Assembly (NCBI GenBank): GCA_965242965.1
Contig: OZ251518.1
Coordinates: forward strand, 2,944,001 to 3,008,000
Origin: Candidatus Poribacteria bacterium
GTDB taxonomy: Bacteria > Poribacteria > WGA-4E > WGA-3G
Direction of reading: 5' to 3'
Length of the DNA: 64,000 nucleotides
Made by a program: the position numbers and the translations under genes. The notes under the pieces are model-generated. The model saw only the letters and a program-made list of their open reading frames with translations, was not told where the DNA came from and did no database searches. Positions 40,801 through 48,556 of the stretch are shown here, piece by piece. Position 1 is the stretch's first letter. Each line of letters opens with the position of its first letter.

Positions 40801-42534
40801 TTACCGAGCGTCGTCTCCACAGAACCAGTCACCGCACCGGCGGAAGATGCCTTCACTAACGAGAGAATTTCACAGATAGAAGTGACATTGGAATCGGCCG
40901 ATGCCACGACAGAGGCAAAACATCTCTCCACACTTCGGTTGCTCGGCCCTGGCGCGAGCGTCATTCCTGGGCAGCAACAGCGAGAGGCTTCCCGGCTTAC
41001 CTATACGCTAGCACGCCCGCTCGCACAAGATGGCTCGGAAGATGGCATCTATACCATTGAGTTTACGCCGATTAGTCCCTCCGGACGAAGTGGTGATGTC
41101 CAACGCTTGACGTTCACCTACGACACGGAAGCACCGGAATTGGAGAGTGAGGACATTCAACTCGTCGTCGCCGAATCGGGAGTTAACAACTCCCTCACGG
41201 AGATTCGGGTGAAACTCACCGATAACCAATCCGGCATCGATTGGGAGAACTTGGACGATGACTGGCTCTCGCTTGAACGCATCTCACCGAACGCCTTGAA
41301 CAGTGAGAAGACGATTTCGGGTAAGGTGGAGGATGCCTCGCAGGATACACTCCGCTTCCGGTTGGCATCGCCGCTCGCAGACGACGGTTCAAACGATGGG
41401 CAGTATCGCATCACCGTCGCACCGAAGGACCGGGCGGGGAACGGCAGTGAACCTTATGAAAAGGTGTTTACCTACGATACCGCACCGCCGGTTATTGATG
41501 ACAGCACGTTGCTCATCAACGACGCGCCGCTGCTGGTAGATGCAAACGCGCTGGACTACCCGACAGCGATTTCAACGACAGGCGGTGTCGTCATCCAAGC
41601 AAATATGTTTGACAACGGCTTGGGTGTCAACCTCGCGCAATCGCGCATCGTTGTAAGGGCCCCTGACGGCGCGCAACTCACCGGCACGACGCAGCAAAAC
41701 GGAGTGGATACGCTAGTGTTCAAATCGGCAGGTTTGAACACGCGCGGGCTTTATCAGGTAACGGTGACGAGCGTTGGCAACGACTCCGAATTCCTCGGCT
41801 TCGCGCCACAGGATTCGATCACGACGGAATTCCTCTATGAAACGACAGTGCCAACTGCCACTATCACAAGCGATGGAGGCGAGAAGGAGTTGACAGACGA
41901 GGCGTTGCCGCTGGAAGGCACGGCGACAGACCCGAGCGGCACGCAACGCATCGGAGACCGGGAGCAACCAGTCCCAGCATCCGGTGTCTGGCTTGTCGAA
42001 GTTGTCGGCACGGGACCTGATGGACAACCCATTGAACCGGTGCCAGCGGTAGACGATAGCAACGCCGAAGAAGAACCGTGGAGCCGCTGGTCCTTAGATT
42101 TCCTCCCCTCGCGTTCTGGCGAGTATGACTTGGATGTCCGTGTCACTGACAACGCCGGCAACTACGATGTTTACGACATCGGCAAGTATACGATGTCTGT
42201 CTCGCTGACGTTCCGCGGTTCAACGTTCGGATGGCCGAACCCGCTGCGCATCTCCAAAGGCGATGTAGCGTTCTTCTCGTTTGACGTGAACGTGCCGATG
42301 GGCGACACGGTGGAATTGACGCTGAGCATCTACGACTGGAGTGGCGATATGGTGCTTTCGCGCACCTATCCGGATGTCGTATCGGGGGTTCGGAATGACC
42401 AGCTCCTAAAATGGGATCTGAGAAATCAGGCGGGCAATCAGGTTGCGCGCGGCATCTACGTTTTCCGTTTAGAGGCAGTCAATGCTACTGGCAACCGTGC
42501 GAATGTTGTTGGGAAAGTGCTTGTTGTTGATTAG
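34822..42534 (+). CDS. Giant (2570 aa) secreted Ig-like repeat protein with FlgD-like N-domain and T9SS-type C-terminal domain
   Basis: Signal peptide; FSPNNDG..D and WDG.D..G..LPDG.Y; about 20 Ig-like repeats ending D.AGN...DT..P; C-terminus WPNP..IYD.SG..WD.RN..G..VARGIY...K. Confidence 0.88.
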   Translation: MEKPVPKNNTNTSVKNYHVLLTALIQGVICLTLFIMLAVPVEAHEGKTQPHDAFGEAWDVRSSISVDAHQFSPNNDGVQDTINVSYSISENVQTTELVFLQNGAEFQVPNSNLRTSSGSYIYRWDGEDGSGRELPDGSYTLQLRFTIVHTPVEIRGNNVRHPLGPEHSDKYLVGATAPIIIDREPPIIARVQANGNVTLVDGGYIAGSLTAITVTADKGSGTDIDFTAHETAISLTAEDGTVLSGATTLQGTTLTLTLGNPLDTRGENGTYTLAYTIVDKAGNAAEGTTTFTYDTVAPTLVSVATSNGDIPPSRGVKGEVTFVEATFEDNLEDGFSRGSSTIRLNAPDELPVLGRQLSPEEDKIRLEFLTALVSPDGERDGTYTIVIDAVDRAGNRTETQVPFIYDNRAPQLVTLSASEDGEAFSGIQKRLYHSAPLYQIVATFDDGDTGTGVDVEKGAATITFHPVGGTPPSKPNIIRDRDNNRVALLLDTPLVSRDGSQDGIYTLEVTVADRLGNTETEDFQLIYDTQIPTLVSTVPAANETVSSLTQVQVNLKESTSGIDFVQSTFRLIHNDAEVPVNITSNGTETATLTVLAPFAVDGSDDGLYVIEVTPVDRAGNQGAAARREFFLVSQRAPKIRLLRPETSTVNSLTSDAEGLVAVELVDYIGVGIDFDASTLVVKSPDGASIPRNIAPAPADEENRRLTWRTETVLPDDGSADGEYTITATFVDFNGQRWTEDFTFNVDTQFPRITTVQALTETPMDMGAERIPVITEAFSRIAVGFEEDDIDIGNTAVVLTGPGETDIAINLNVNVARGTGTRSSTVNLNFSKLLASGDYTLSITPQDYVGNVSARPFIYRFRLDVDTELPAITSVVALTTPPTGIGAERIPVIEKGFSRITVTFEETAGDAPTPLDIDIGNTAVSLTGPDDADIAINVTHDGNNSLTLNFSRLTASGNYSLSVTPQDYAGNVSPRPFVYPFRLDLALPKVSAVEIGGKIGTVVYVNGEATRIVATLADPTGTGLAFGNEGSRISITNADGTEIPGVTTVQGTNQLVWQAIGQPTDGTADGRYTVTVTPIDKAGRQGEVARRQFIYDTQPPQITEASPLVLTQPVTFVRAGFASDTQLQFTVADVGPAGVKMAEQTAQLLGADGTVLSTVVTRNQTDLMFLTLTEPLARDGSADGSYVVSVSLVDRAGNETKADYAVAYDTLVPQVTGVTLNTTEPTPLVATQPTVITELGFSALDIAFEETTTRVDFANTTITLTGPDDAAIPLTLIPQGKAQVTAAFVAPQALGVYTLSITPQDIAGNVARGAVTYRFRLDVNVPSVSSVVIDGKVGGTVYVNGAATGIVATLADLSGAGIALGEGGSTITVANATGIPVPGTTTDDGVDTLTWVPGVLPLDGTADGRYTVTITPRDKAGRQGNAVYRQFVFDTQPPRVNEATPINLNQPRTYLNASFAQNPQVQFTVADVGPAALDLAAQRVHFRTADGNEVPAAMKYNETGNETGNETGQVFLTLTEPLPIDGSADGDYTVMLTLVDRAGNETKADYVVVYDTQVPQVTDVTLNTAEPTPLVATQPTVITELGFSQLDIAFEEATTRVDFANTTVTLTSPDDETLSLTLVPEGEAALSAQFVAPQALGIYTLSITPQDIAGNTARGAVTYRFRLDVDLPRVSSVMIDGKAGGIVYVNGEAASIVATLADPSGAGVALGEGGSTITVANATGTPVPGTTTDDGVDTLTWAPGALPLDGTADGRYTVTITPRDKAGRQGNAVYRQFVFDTQPPEITAASPIDLSQPVTYLSEFSQISVTVADVGPAEFWVEEQVMTLLDTAGNAVAANLTHNEEDRIFLTLPQPLAKDGSEDGEYTVQVTLVDKSGNKYAAEHSIVYDTQAPQLVSTVPADGDILTDDVSQVQATLEDAGGSGIDFAATTFTLVAPDGTSITGALSNDGESELTLDLNPLVEDGRYRIRVEARDRAGNGDELRFERSFLLSRTLPSVVSTEPVTAPAEDAFTNERISQIEVTLESADATTEAKHLSTLRLLGPGASVIPGQQQREASRLTYTLARPLAQDGSEDGIYTIEFTPISPSGRSGDVQRLTFTYDTEAPELESEDIQLVVAESGVNNSLTEIRVKLTDNQSGIDWENLDDDWLSLERISPNALNSEKTISGKVEDASQDTLRFRLASPLADDGSNDGQYRITVAPKDRAGNGSEPYEKVFTYDTAPPVIDDSTLLINDAPLLVDANALDYPTAISTTGGVVIQANMFDNGLGVNLAQSRIVVRAPDGAQLTGTTQQNGVDTLVFKSAGLNTRGLYQVTVTSVGNDSEFLGFAPQDSITTEFLYETTVPTATITSDGGEKELTDEALPLEGTATDPSGTQRIGDREQPVPASGVWLVEVVGTGPDGQPIEPVPAVDDSNAEEEPWSRWSLDFLPSRSGEYDLDVRVTDNAGNYDVYDIGKYTMSVSLTFRGSTFGWPNPLRISKGDVAFFSFDVNVPMGDTVELTLSIYDWSGDMVLSRTYPDVVSGVRNDQLLKWDLRNQAGNQVARGIYVFRLEAVNATGNRANVVGKVLVVD
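38401..40170 (+). repeat. Near-identical intragenic duplication (period 1038 bp = 346 aa)
   Basis: 38401-39130 matches 39439-40170 closely at DNA level. Confidence 0.85.
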
Positions 42535-42595
42535 AAATTAACGCATCACGAACCCGGTAGGTGTTGTCAAGCGAAAATAGCATACGAGGTAACTC

Positions 42596-42892
42596 ATGAG
42601 CAATGAAGAACTTCAGCAATGGATTGCCGCAGAACTGGCTCGGTTGGACGAACGTTCCGAGACACGCCATGTCAAGCTGCGCGATGAGATGAACACACGG
42701 TTTGACAAAAACGATAACCGGATTGATGGCCTGGATGAGCGCGTGCGCGGGCTGGAATTGGCTGTTGAGCGCGTCAAGACTATCCTTGAAACCCGCAAGG
42801 AGCAAGCGGCTGGCTTATGGGACCGCTGGAAGTATTGGGTGACGACTGCTATCGCCGTAGCCGCCCTCCTGCTAGCATGGTTTAAGTCTTAA
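42596..42892 (+). CDS. Small coiled-coil protein with C-terminal TM helix
   Basis: GAGG RBS; heptads then WVTTAIAVAALLLAW. Confidence 0.75.
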   Translation: MSNEELQQWIAAELARLDERSETRHVKLRDEMNTRFDKNDNRIDGLDERVRGLELAVERVKTILETRKEQAAGLWDRWKYWVTTAIAVAALLLAWFKS

Positions 42893-43010
42893 GTAAGGTG
42901 ACAGGACTGAATTTTCAGATGTGTCTCCCGCCGGACTCACTTATAGAAACAAACGCACCACGAACCCGGTAGGCGCGGTTTCCAATCGCGCTCTCCTGAG
43001 GAGAAAAACC

Positions 43011-44009
43011 TTGCAAAATTTGTGCATACGAACAATTCAACTAATACTCATCGCAGCCCTATCAATTTGCGCACTATGCCTTCTTAACCCAAGCGCGCTG
43101 GCGGTGAATATCCATGACAATGCCGGCACCGCCGGTGCCGCCTTCCTGAAAATTGAGGGAGGAAGCCGCCCCGCAGGCATGGGCGGCGCGTTTGCAGGCA
43201 TCGCAAACGATATTAACACCATCTTTTGGAACCCCGCCGGGCTCACCTCCGTTCACGACAGAGAGCTCACGGCGATGCAGCACTTCTCGTTTGCCGACAT
43301 TAATAACCAGACCGTGGGTTACGCGCAGCGCACCGAACGGTTCACTTGGGGAGCCAGTTTCCTCGGCAGTTTCACCGAAATTGAACGGCGCATCGGTCCG
43401 ACGAAAGAGCCGGATAGCACCGTGACAGTAGGCGGCTTCGCCACTGGGCTATCCCTCGCGTTCCCGTTAGGTTCGGCGATGTCTGTCGGCGGCACAGCGA
43501 AGTTAATCTCGCAGCAACTTGACATCCAAGATGCCTACGGTGTCGCGGCGGATGTCGGCATCCTCCTGCATCTCGTTGACAACCATTTCGGAATCGGGGT
43601 TGCGGTGCAAAATGCGGGGGTGTTAGATGGCGGCGAGAACCTCCCGATAGCCATCCGTGCAGGCATGGCATACCGGACGTGGAAGGAATCTGTCGGAGAT
43701 AACCCAGGTCTTGATGCTCTGCCGCGCGAAGTCTGGGCACTCGGTGCGGATGTGCATATCCCGTTGATTGATGCCTCGCCGAGTTTCCACATCGGCGCGG
43801 AACGGTGGTTTTACGATGTCGTGGCGGCGCGGCTTGGTTACCGCATCGGCTTGAACGACAATCCGGCGAACGGGTTGGCACTCGGCATCGGCGTGCGGCG
43901 CAGCGGCGATGATGCCTTAGCGAACATCGACTTCCAATTTGATTACGCCTTTGTCCCTGATGCTTATGTAGGCAATGCGCATCGGGTTTCTGTCATTACG
44001 CGGTTTTAG
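43011..44009 (+). CDS. PorV/PorQ-like (UPF0164-type) outer-membrane beta-barrel
   Basis: GTAGAAFLKI..GSRPAGMGGAF...D......WNPAGL; ends FDYAF....G..HRVSVITRF; TTG start after GAGGAG. Confidence 0.82.
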   Translation: MQNLCIRTIQLILIAALSICALCLLNPSALAVNIHDNAGTAGAAFLKIEGGSRPAGMGGAFAGIANDINTIFWNPAGLTSVHDRELTAMQHFSFADINNQTVGYAQRTERFTWGASFLGSFTEIERRIGPTKEPDSTVTVGGFATGLSLAFPLGSAMSVGGTAKLISQQLDIQDAYGVAADVGILLHLVDNHFGIGVAVQNAGVLDGGENLPIAIRAGMAYRTWKESVGDNPGLDALPREVWALGADVHIPLIDASPSFHIGAERWFYDVVAARLGYRIGLNDNPANGLALGIGVRRSGDDALANIDFQFDYAFVPDAYVGNAHRVSVITRF

Positions 44010-44035
44010 TTCATCCGAGGGTGTTTTATAACTCG

Positions 44036-44650
44036 TTGTTGTCAAAATGGTCTCATGAGACCCCGAACGATTCCGTTTCCCCGGTAGGAGAGACCTCCCG
44101 GTCTCGATGCAATAGGGCGGCGCGCCTACCGGGACAGCGGCGGCAGAAGGTCCCCTTCATCGTAGGGCGAGGGCCTGTCCCTCGCCATCGTCCGCGCACT
44201 CCAACGATCTCGGGGGACAGGCCCCCGCGCTACGGCAAAAAAACGTCTCTTGTTCTCTTCAGGTCCGTAGGACCTGAATGTCTATAGCACGTGAGGCTGC
44301 GAAGAACGCTAAGGGCCTTTAGGTCCTTAATAGCCTTTGAGATGCCGCGTGTTTTTTATTAAGGTCCTAACGGACCTTGCCGTGGGACCGGCACGTGTTT
44401 CTATAGACATGTAGGTCCTAAAGGACCTAAAACGCCACCGCTTGACGATGGTGCTCGCGTGGGCCTGTCCCCCGCGCTACGGGGAAATCGAGACAGTGAG
44501 GTCTTTCCTATAGGGAAGCATCGAGACAGGGAGGTCTCTCCTACCCAGAGGGATTGAGCTCGGAAGGGGCCGCCCACCGGCAAGTCCCCATTTTTCACAG
44601 CAGCACGGGGCCTGTCACCGCGACGTTGAACGAATTATGAAACCCCCTCA
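44036..44650. mobile_element. MITE-like TIR-bounded REP cassette
   Basis: GAGGGTGTTTTATAA ... TTATGAAACCCCCTC; interior REP modules and an inverted copy of the nested-IR element. Confidence 0.7.
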
Positions 44651-44784
44651 GTTAACCGAGATCCCGCAATTGTAAGGGCGGATTTCTATATCTGCCCATA
44701 GATTTTAGCAAGCGGGTATCAGACATTTGCTATCCGCCAACAAAGATTGTGAGCGCATGCTCCCTCTTGGATAAGGAGAGATAT

Positions 44785-45129
44785 ATGCCAAATGTTAGCG
44801 AGATTACGCAGACGCTAAGGGATATCATAGAATCTGAGTCCGAGCTTAACGATGTTTGGACGCAAGGTGATATTTCAAACGTCAAACGTCCTCCAGGTAG
44901 TAATTGCTATTTTACACTGAAAGAGGATGGTGCCAAAATTGAATGTGTCGTTTTTCCTTGGGCTTCTTCCTACCATGATTGGATATCATCCCCGGATTTA
45001 CGGCTGGATGGGACAAGTTGGCTTGTGAAGGGGTCGGTTGAACTTTATTCAAAGGAAAGCGGATATAGGTTCGTCGTTACGGATATACAACCGCTAGATG
45101 ACGCGACGGTTCAACCTGAATTCCCATGA
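44785..45129 (+). CDS. XseA-type (ExoVII large subunit N-terminal) OB-fold protein; possibly the 5' part of a disrupted fusion
   Basis: VSEIT..L...E.....VWTQGDISN......CYFTLKE..AKIECVVF...G.VELY...GY; AAGGAG RBS. Confidence 0.75.
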   Translation: MPNVSEITQTLRDIIESESELNDVWTQGDISNVKRPPGSNCYFTLKEDGAKIECVVFPWASSYHDWISSPDLRLDGTSWLVKGSVELYSKESGYRFVVTDIQPLDDATVQPEFP

Positions 45130-46354
45130 CGGTGGAACGCCTGATGACCTTATTGAATTTGCACTCCCTAAATGGGTTGCAACTAGTCTGTCCTTTTCTG
45201 CTACGGAAGGCGGTAGGGTACGTGCCAATGGACGATTTGGTATTTTTGCCCAGAGAAGCGTCTATCAAATCAAGATTTACGCTCCTGCCAACATAAGCGC
45301 AGATGAGGCGAATGGTACCGTTACTGTTCAAGAACAGCCTTCGCCACAGTGCCGCGAGTGTGGTGAACCTCGCCATCCGCAATATGAGTTGTGCGATATG
45401 TGTCATTATGCGCTTTTAGAACATGAGGGCATCGTAGTGGGGACAGTCCTTCGCTATCTCAAAACCGCCGGATTGGAAGGGTTCTCTACGTCGCGGGAAT
45501 ATAGAATCCAGATGGGTTCTAACAACCGCCGAGCCGACGTTGTGCTTTGTAGAGAAGGGAATTCTACCCCCAATGTCATTGCAGAGTGTAAACACATTGG
45601 ATACGCAGACAGCGGAGAGGCAAGATCTCAGTTGCAGTCTTACCTAACCGCCACAGGTGCACCCTTCGGTATCCTTGCCGCTGATACCGACCCATATAAA
45701 TGGGAATTTCTCAAAAACCGTCAAGGGGACAACGACTCGGATGAGATTGAACGTTCCCAGTTTGAGAAAGAGGTCGGTTTTCGTTCGCCAGTTCCATCAT
45801 CGGTGCTGCCACGGATGGAACTTATCCGCGGCGACATAACCGAAGCGAAGGTTGATGCCATCGTGAACGCTGCAAACTCTCAGCTTAGCGAGGGGGACGG
45901 TGTAGATGGCGCAATTCGGCGTGTTGGTGGTGAAGCAATAGAACAAGCACTCGCGGAGATTCGCAATGCCGGCAGAATTCTTCCAGATGGGGACGCTGTT
46001 ATTACACCCGGCGGCAACTTGCCTGCAAAGCATGTCATTCATGCGGTAGGGCCCATTTGGAAAGGTGGCAATAGAAGTGAAGCCGAATTGCTCGCTGATT
46101 GCTATCGAAATAGCCTTCAGGTTGCCGTGGAGAAGGATCTCCAAACGGTCGCGTTTCCAGCGATTAGCACTGGCAACCATGGATATCCACCCGAGCAAGC
46201 GGCACCCATTGCACTGAAAGCCGTCAAGGAATTTGTTGAACAGAACGGCGCACCAAAACTCGTTCAGTTCTTCTTGTTTGATGAGGCAATCTATTCCTGT
46301 TACGTCAACGCGTTAGCAGAACTTGGATTGGGGATATCTTGTCCGATAAGATGA
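45098..46354 (+). CDS. Partial OB fold + Zn finger + HsdR_N-like PD-(D/E)XK nuclease + macrodomain
   Basis: CRECG..CDMC; RRADVVL..IAECK..QLQSYL; GDITE..VDAIVNAAN...GDGVDGAI..VIHAVGP..FPAISTG. Confidence 0.85.
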   Translation: MTRRFNLNSHDGGTPDDLIEFALPKWVATSLSFSATEGGRVRANGRFGIFAQRSVYQIKIYAPANISADEANGTVTVQEQPSPQCRECGEPRHPQYELCDMCHYALLEHEGIVVGTVLRYLKTAGLEGFSTSREYRIQMGSNNRRADVVLCREGNSTPNVIAECKHIGYADSGEARSQLQSYLTATGAPFGILAADTDPYKWEFLKNRQGDNDSDEIERSQFEKEVGFRSPVPSSVLPRMELIRGDITEAKVDAIVNAANSQLSEGDGVDGAIRRVGGEAIEQALAEIRNAGRILPDGDAVITPGGNLPAKHVIHAVGPIWKGGNRSEAELLADCYRNSLQVAVEKDLQTVAFPAISTGNHGYPPEQAAPIALKAVKEFVEQNGAPKLVQFFLFDEAIYSCYVNALAELGLGISCPIR

Positions 46355-46369
46355 GGTATTGGAGAAGGA

Positions 46370-46507
46370 CGAAGGGCGGCTATAGGAATCCGCCCTTGCA
46401 TCGAGACCGGGAGGGCTCTCCTACCGAGAGGGCATCGAGACCGGGAGGTCTCTCCTACTGGGTTTTCTGAAGAAGGACGAAGGGCGGATATAGGAATCCG
46501 CCCTTAC
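46370..46507. repeat. REP-like cluster
   Basis: AAGGGCGG(C/A)TATAGGAATCCGCCCTT twice and TCGAGACCGGGAGG.CTCTCCTAC twice. Confidence 0.8.
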
Positions 46508-46527
46508 AATCCAAGGCATCGCGCCTA

Positions 46528-47643
46528 CTAACTCATTTCCAGCATCCGCTCAATCGGCGCGCGGGCATTGTCGATGACAGCTGCATCCAGCGTCACTTCA
46601 AATTCCCCGAGGTCTGCCCCCTCATCGATAGCCTCAAGGATGTTGGCGATTTTGCCGAGACTGACTTTCGCCATGTGCGTGCATCGGACAGAGCAAGCCG
46701 TCCAGAATTGGACAGCCGGGAACTCCTGCGCGAGGTTTGAGGTGAGCTCACACTCCGATGCGACGAAGGCACGCTCAAGTCCATCTCCCGCGACGCGTTC
46801 GGCGATGTCCTTCATAATCTGACTGGTGCTGCCGTAAAAATCGGCTTCCTGCAGGACATCCGGGCGGCATTCCCAGTGCGCATACAATTTGCGATGTGGA
46901 TGCCTTTTCGGAATCTCAAACGACTCGCGGATTCCAACCAGGTCTGCCAGAGTGAACCGTTCGTGCACCTCGCAGACTGCGCCGCGCGCCGTGTTATCCT
47001 TGCCGGGGTAGACTACCTGCTTTTCACCCTTGAGTTCTTCCTCAAGATTTTGCGCGAAGAAGATATCCGGGACAAAAATGACGGTATCCCCCGGTAGCGA
47101 CTTGGCGATATGCGCCGCATTGGCAGACGTGCAGCAGATGTCCGATTCTGCCTTCGCGTCGGCATAGCTGTTGACGTAAATCATCACCGGTGCGCCGGGG
47201 TAAAGTGCTTTCAACGCCTTGACATCGTCTGCGCCGAAGTTATCGGCAAGCGAACAGCCCGCGGTCTTGTCCGCGACTAGCACGGTTTTGTCGGGGCTCA
47301 GAATCTTGGCAGTTTCCGCCATGAACGGCACACCGTTAAAGATGAGGTATTGTGCCTCTGTCTTTGCGGCATACATGCTGAGCCCGAGTGAATCGCCCTG
47401 TTCGGTTTTTTCGGATAACCCAAAAACGAGGGGCTCCATATAGTTGTGCCCGAGCATGACAACGTCGTGCTTCTGCTTGAGGGTGCGTATCCTATGAATA
47501 GTCTTGGCGTGTGCCTCTATGTCAAGGAACGTTAAACTCGGGTGATGCCGGTTATACAGTTCCTGTTTCACGTCCTCAAGCGTCAATGCTGTCGTGCCGT
47601 TCGTGGCAGCTTCCGTGTGGCGAGTTCCTTCCGTGGAATTCAT
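46528..47643 (-). CDS. nadA: Quinolinate synthase
   Basis: GHNYM, GDSL, FMAETAKILSPDK, AGCSLAD, YVNS, CTSANA, CEVH, HWEC, CTHM (3 Fe-S Cys). Confidence 0.93.
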   Translation of the reverse strand: MNSTEGTRHTEAATNGTTALTLEDVKQELYNRHHPSLTFLDIEAHAKTIHRIRTLKQKHDVVMLGHNYMEPLVFGLSEKTEQGDSLGLSMYAAKTEAQYLIFNGVPFMAETAKILSPDKTVLVADKTAGCSLADNFGADDVKALKALYPGAPVMIYVNSYADAKAESDICCTSANAAHIAKSLPGDTVIFVPDIFFAQNLEEELKGEKQVVYPGKDNTARGAVCEVHERFTLADLVGIRESFEIPKRHPHRKLYAHWECRPDVLQEADFYGSTSQIMKDIAERVAGDGLERAFVASECELTSNLAQEFPAVQFWTACSVRCTHMAKVSLGKIANILEAIDEGADLGEFEVTLDAAVIDNARAPIERMLEMS

Positions 47644-47662
47644 GCCAATCACGCTCCAATTT

Positions 47663-47731
47663 TTTTGTATTGTCGCCAAGCTTAACTTTTGCTGCACAGT
47701 TGCAGCGAAACCACCGCTAGGCAATACAAAA
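47663..47731 (-). promoter_or_regulatory. Long imperfect hairpin in the putative nadA 5' UTR
   Basis: TTTTGTATTG/CAATACAAAA outer stem, TTTCGCTGCA/TGCAGCAAAA inner stem; downstream of TTGACA-18-TATTCT (47775-47746). Confidence 0.5.
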
Positions 47732-47866
47732 GTAGTATTCAGGATAGAATACACGAAAAGCACCTTTTTTGTCAAGGTTAAACACAAAAAAGTCATATTT
47801 TTGCGACATTTCAGTCTTTTTTTGTTGCTGGAAAAAACGGTGCCTATTTGCGAGAGAGGCTAAACA

Positions 47867-48556
47867 ATGAAATCTTGTCTGCTTCACCCACACAAAAATC
47901 CGAAAAAACTGGTTTGTCTCTTCCTCATCGCCTTCCTCTTTTGGGGAGGAATGCCACGGGCAGAAGCATTCCTTTCCGCGAAAAATAGAGGGAAACTCAC
48001 CCTCGCCGGGATTCTCGGTGGGCTCGCGTATCTGACGCACACGCTTGTCACGCGCGATAAACAAGCGGCTGAAGATTTGCATCGCCGCCTCGGCACGCCG
48101 GTGCGCGTCGTTGAATTTGAACGGGGGTTTGACCGGTGGCGGATTGAATTTTATCGCACCCGGTTCTATCGATTTCGGAATGGATGGATATGGGAGGCAG
48201 ACGTGGCGAGGGACAGGCCCTCGCCCTACGAAATGAGGCATCATCGCAGCGTGGCGAGGGACAGGCCCTCGCCCTACGATTTCGGTGGGTATTACCGATA
48301 CGCCTTTTTGAGAGAGCCCCACGTCGTCGCCGCTTTGCCTTTTGCATCCACGGCGAGGCCCTCAATCTGGATTTTCCGGTCCTTGTCGGTAGGCAGGCGG
48401 ACGTTTGCGGCATCCTCGGCTGTCGCTTTGACGTTTGACGTGACGAACAGCGCGTCTAGCATCGTCGCATCTTCTCGGACAGCAATGCGGAGGGTGGTTT
48501 CGCCGGCTTTCGCGAATTTCCACTCCCGCTCGAAGGTGCCGCCATCAAGCCAGTGA
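47867..48556 (+). CDS. Hypothetical membrane/secreted protein; C-terminal half is REP-derived or antisense read-through
   Basis: GAGG RBS, hydrophobic N-terminus; after about aa 110 two 'VARDRPSPY' REP translations, then overlap with the opposite gene. Confidence 0.45.
   Translation: MKSCLLHPHKNPKKLVCLFLIAFLFWGGMPRAEAFLSAKNRGKLTLAGILGGLAYLTHTLVTRDKQAAEDLHRRLGTPVRVVEFERGFDRWRIEFYRTRFYRFRNGWIWEADVARDRPSPYEMRHHRSVARDRPSPYDFGGYYRYAFLREPHVVAALPFASTARPSIWIFRSLSVGRRTFAASSAVALTFDVTNSASSIVASSRTAMRRVVSPAFANFHSRSKVPPSSQ

Noticed and set aside
5-44598. Short ORFs containing RSAGACPPR, RGTGPRAT, GGQAPALR, ARDRPSPY or GQDRLIL
   Set aside because: These are translations of REP units in intergenic DNA; several also falsely extend the N-termini of real genes (Rieske, ABC ATPase, TPR, 31544).
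44785-45129. Calling this xseA
   Set aside because: Only the OB fold is present; there is no ExoVII catalytic or coiled-coil region.
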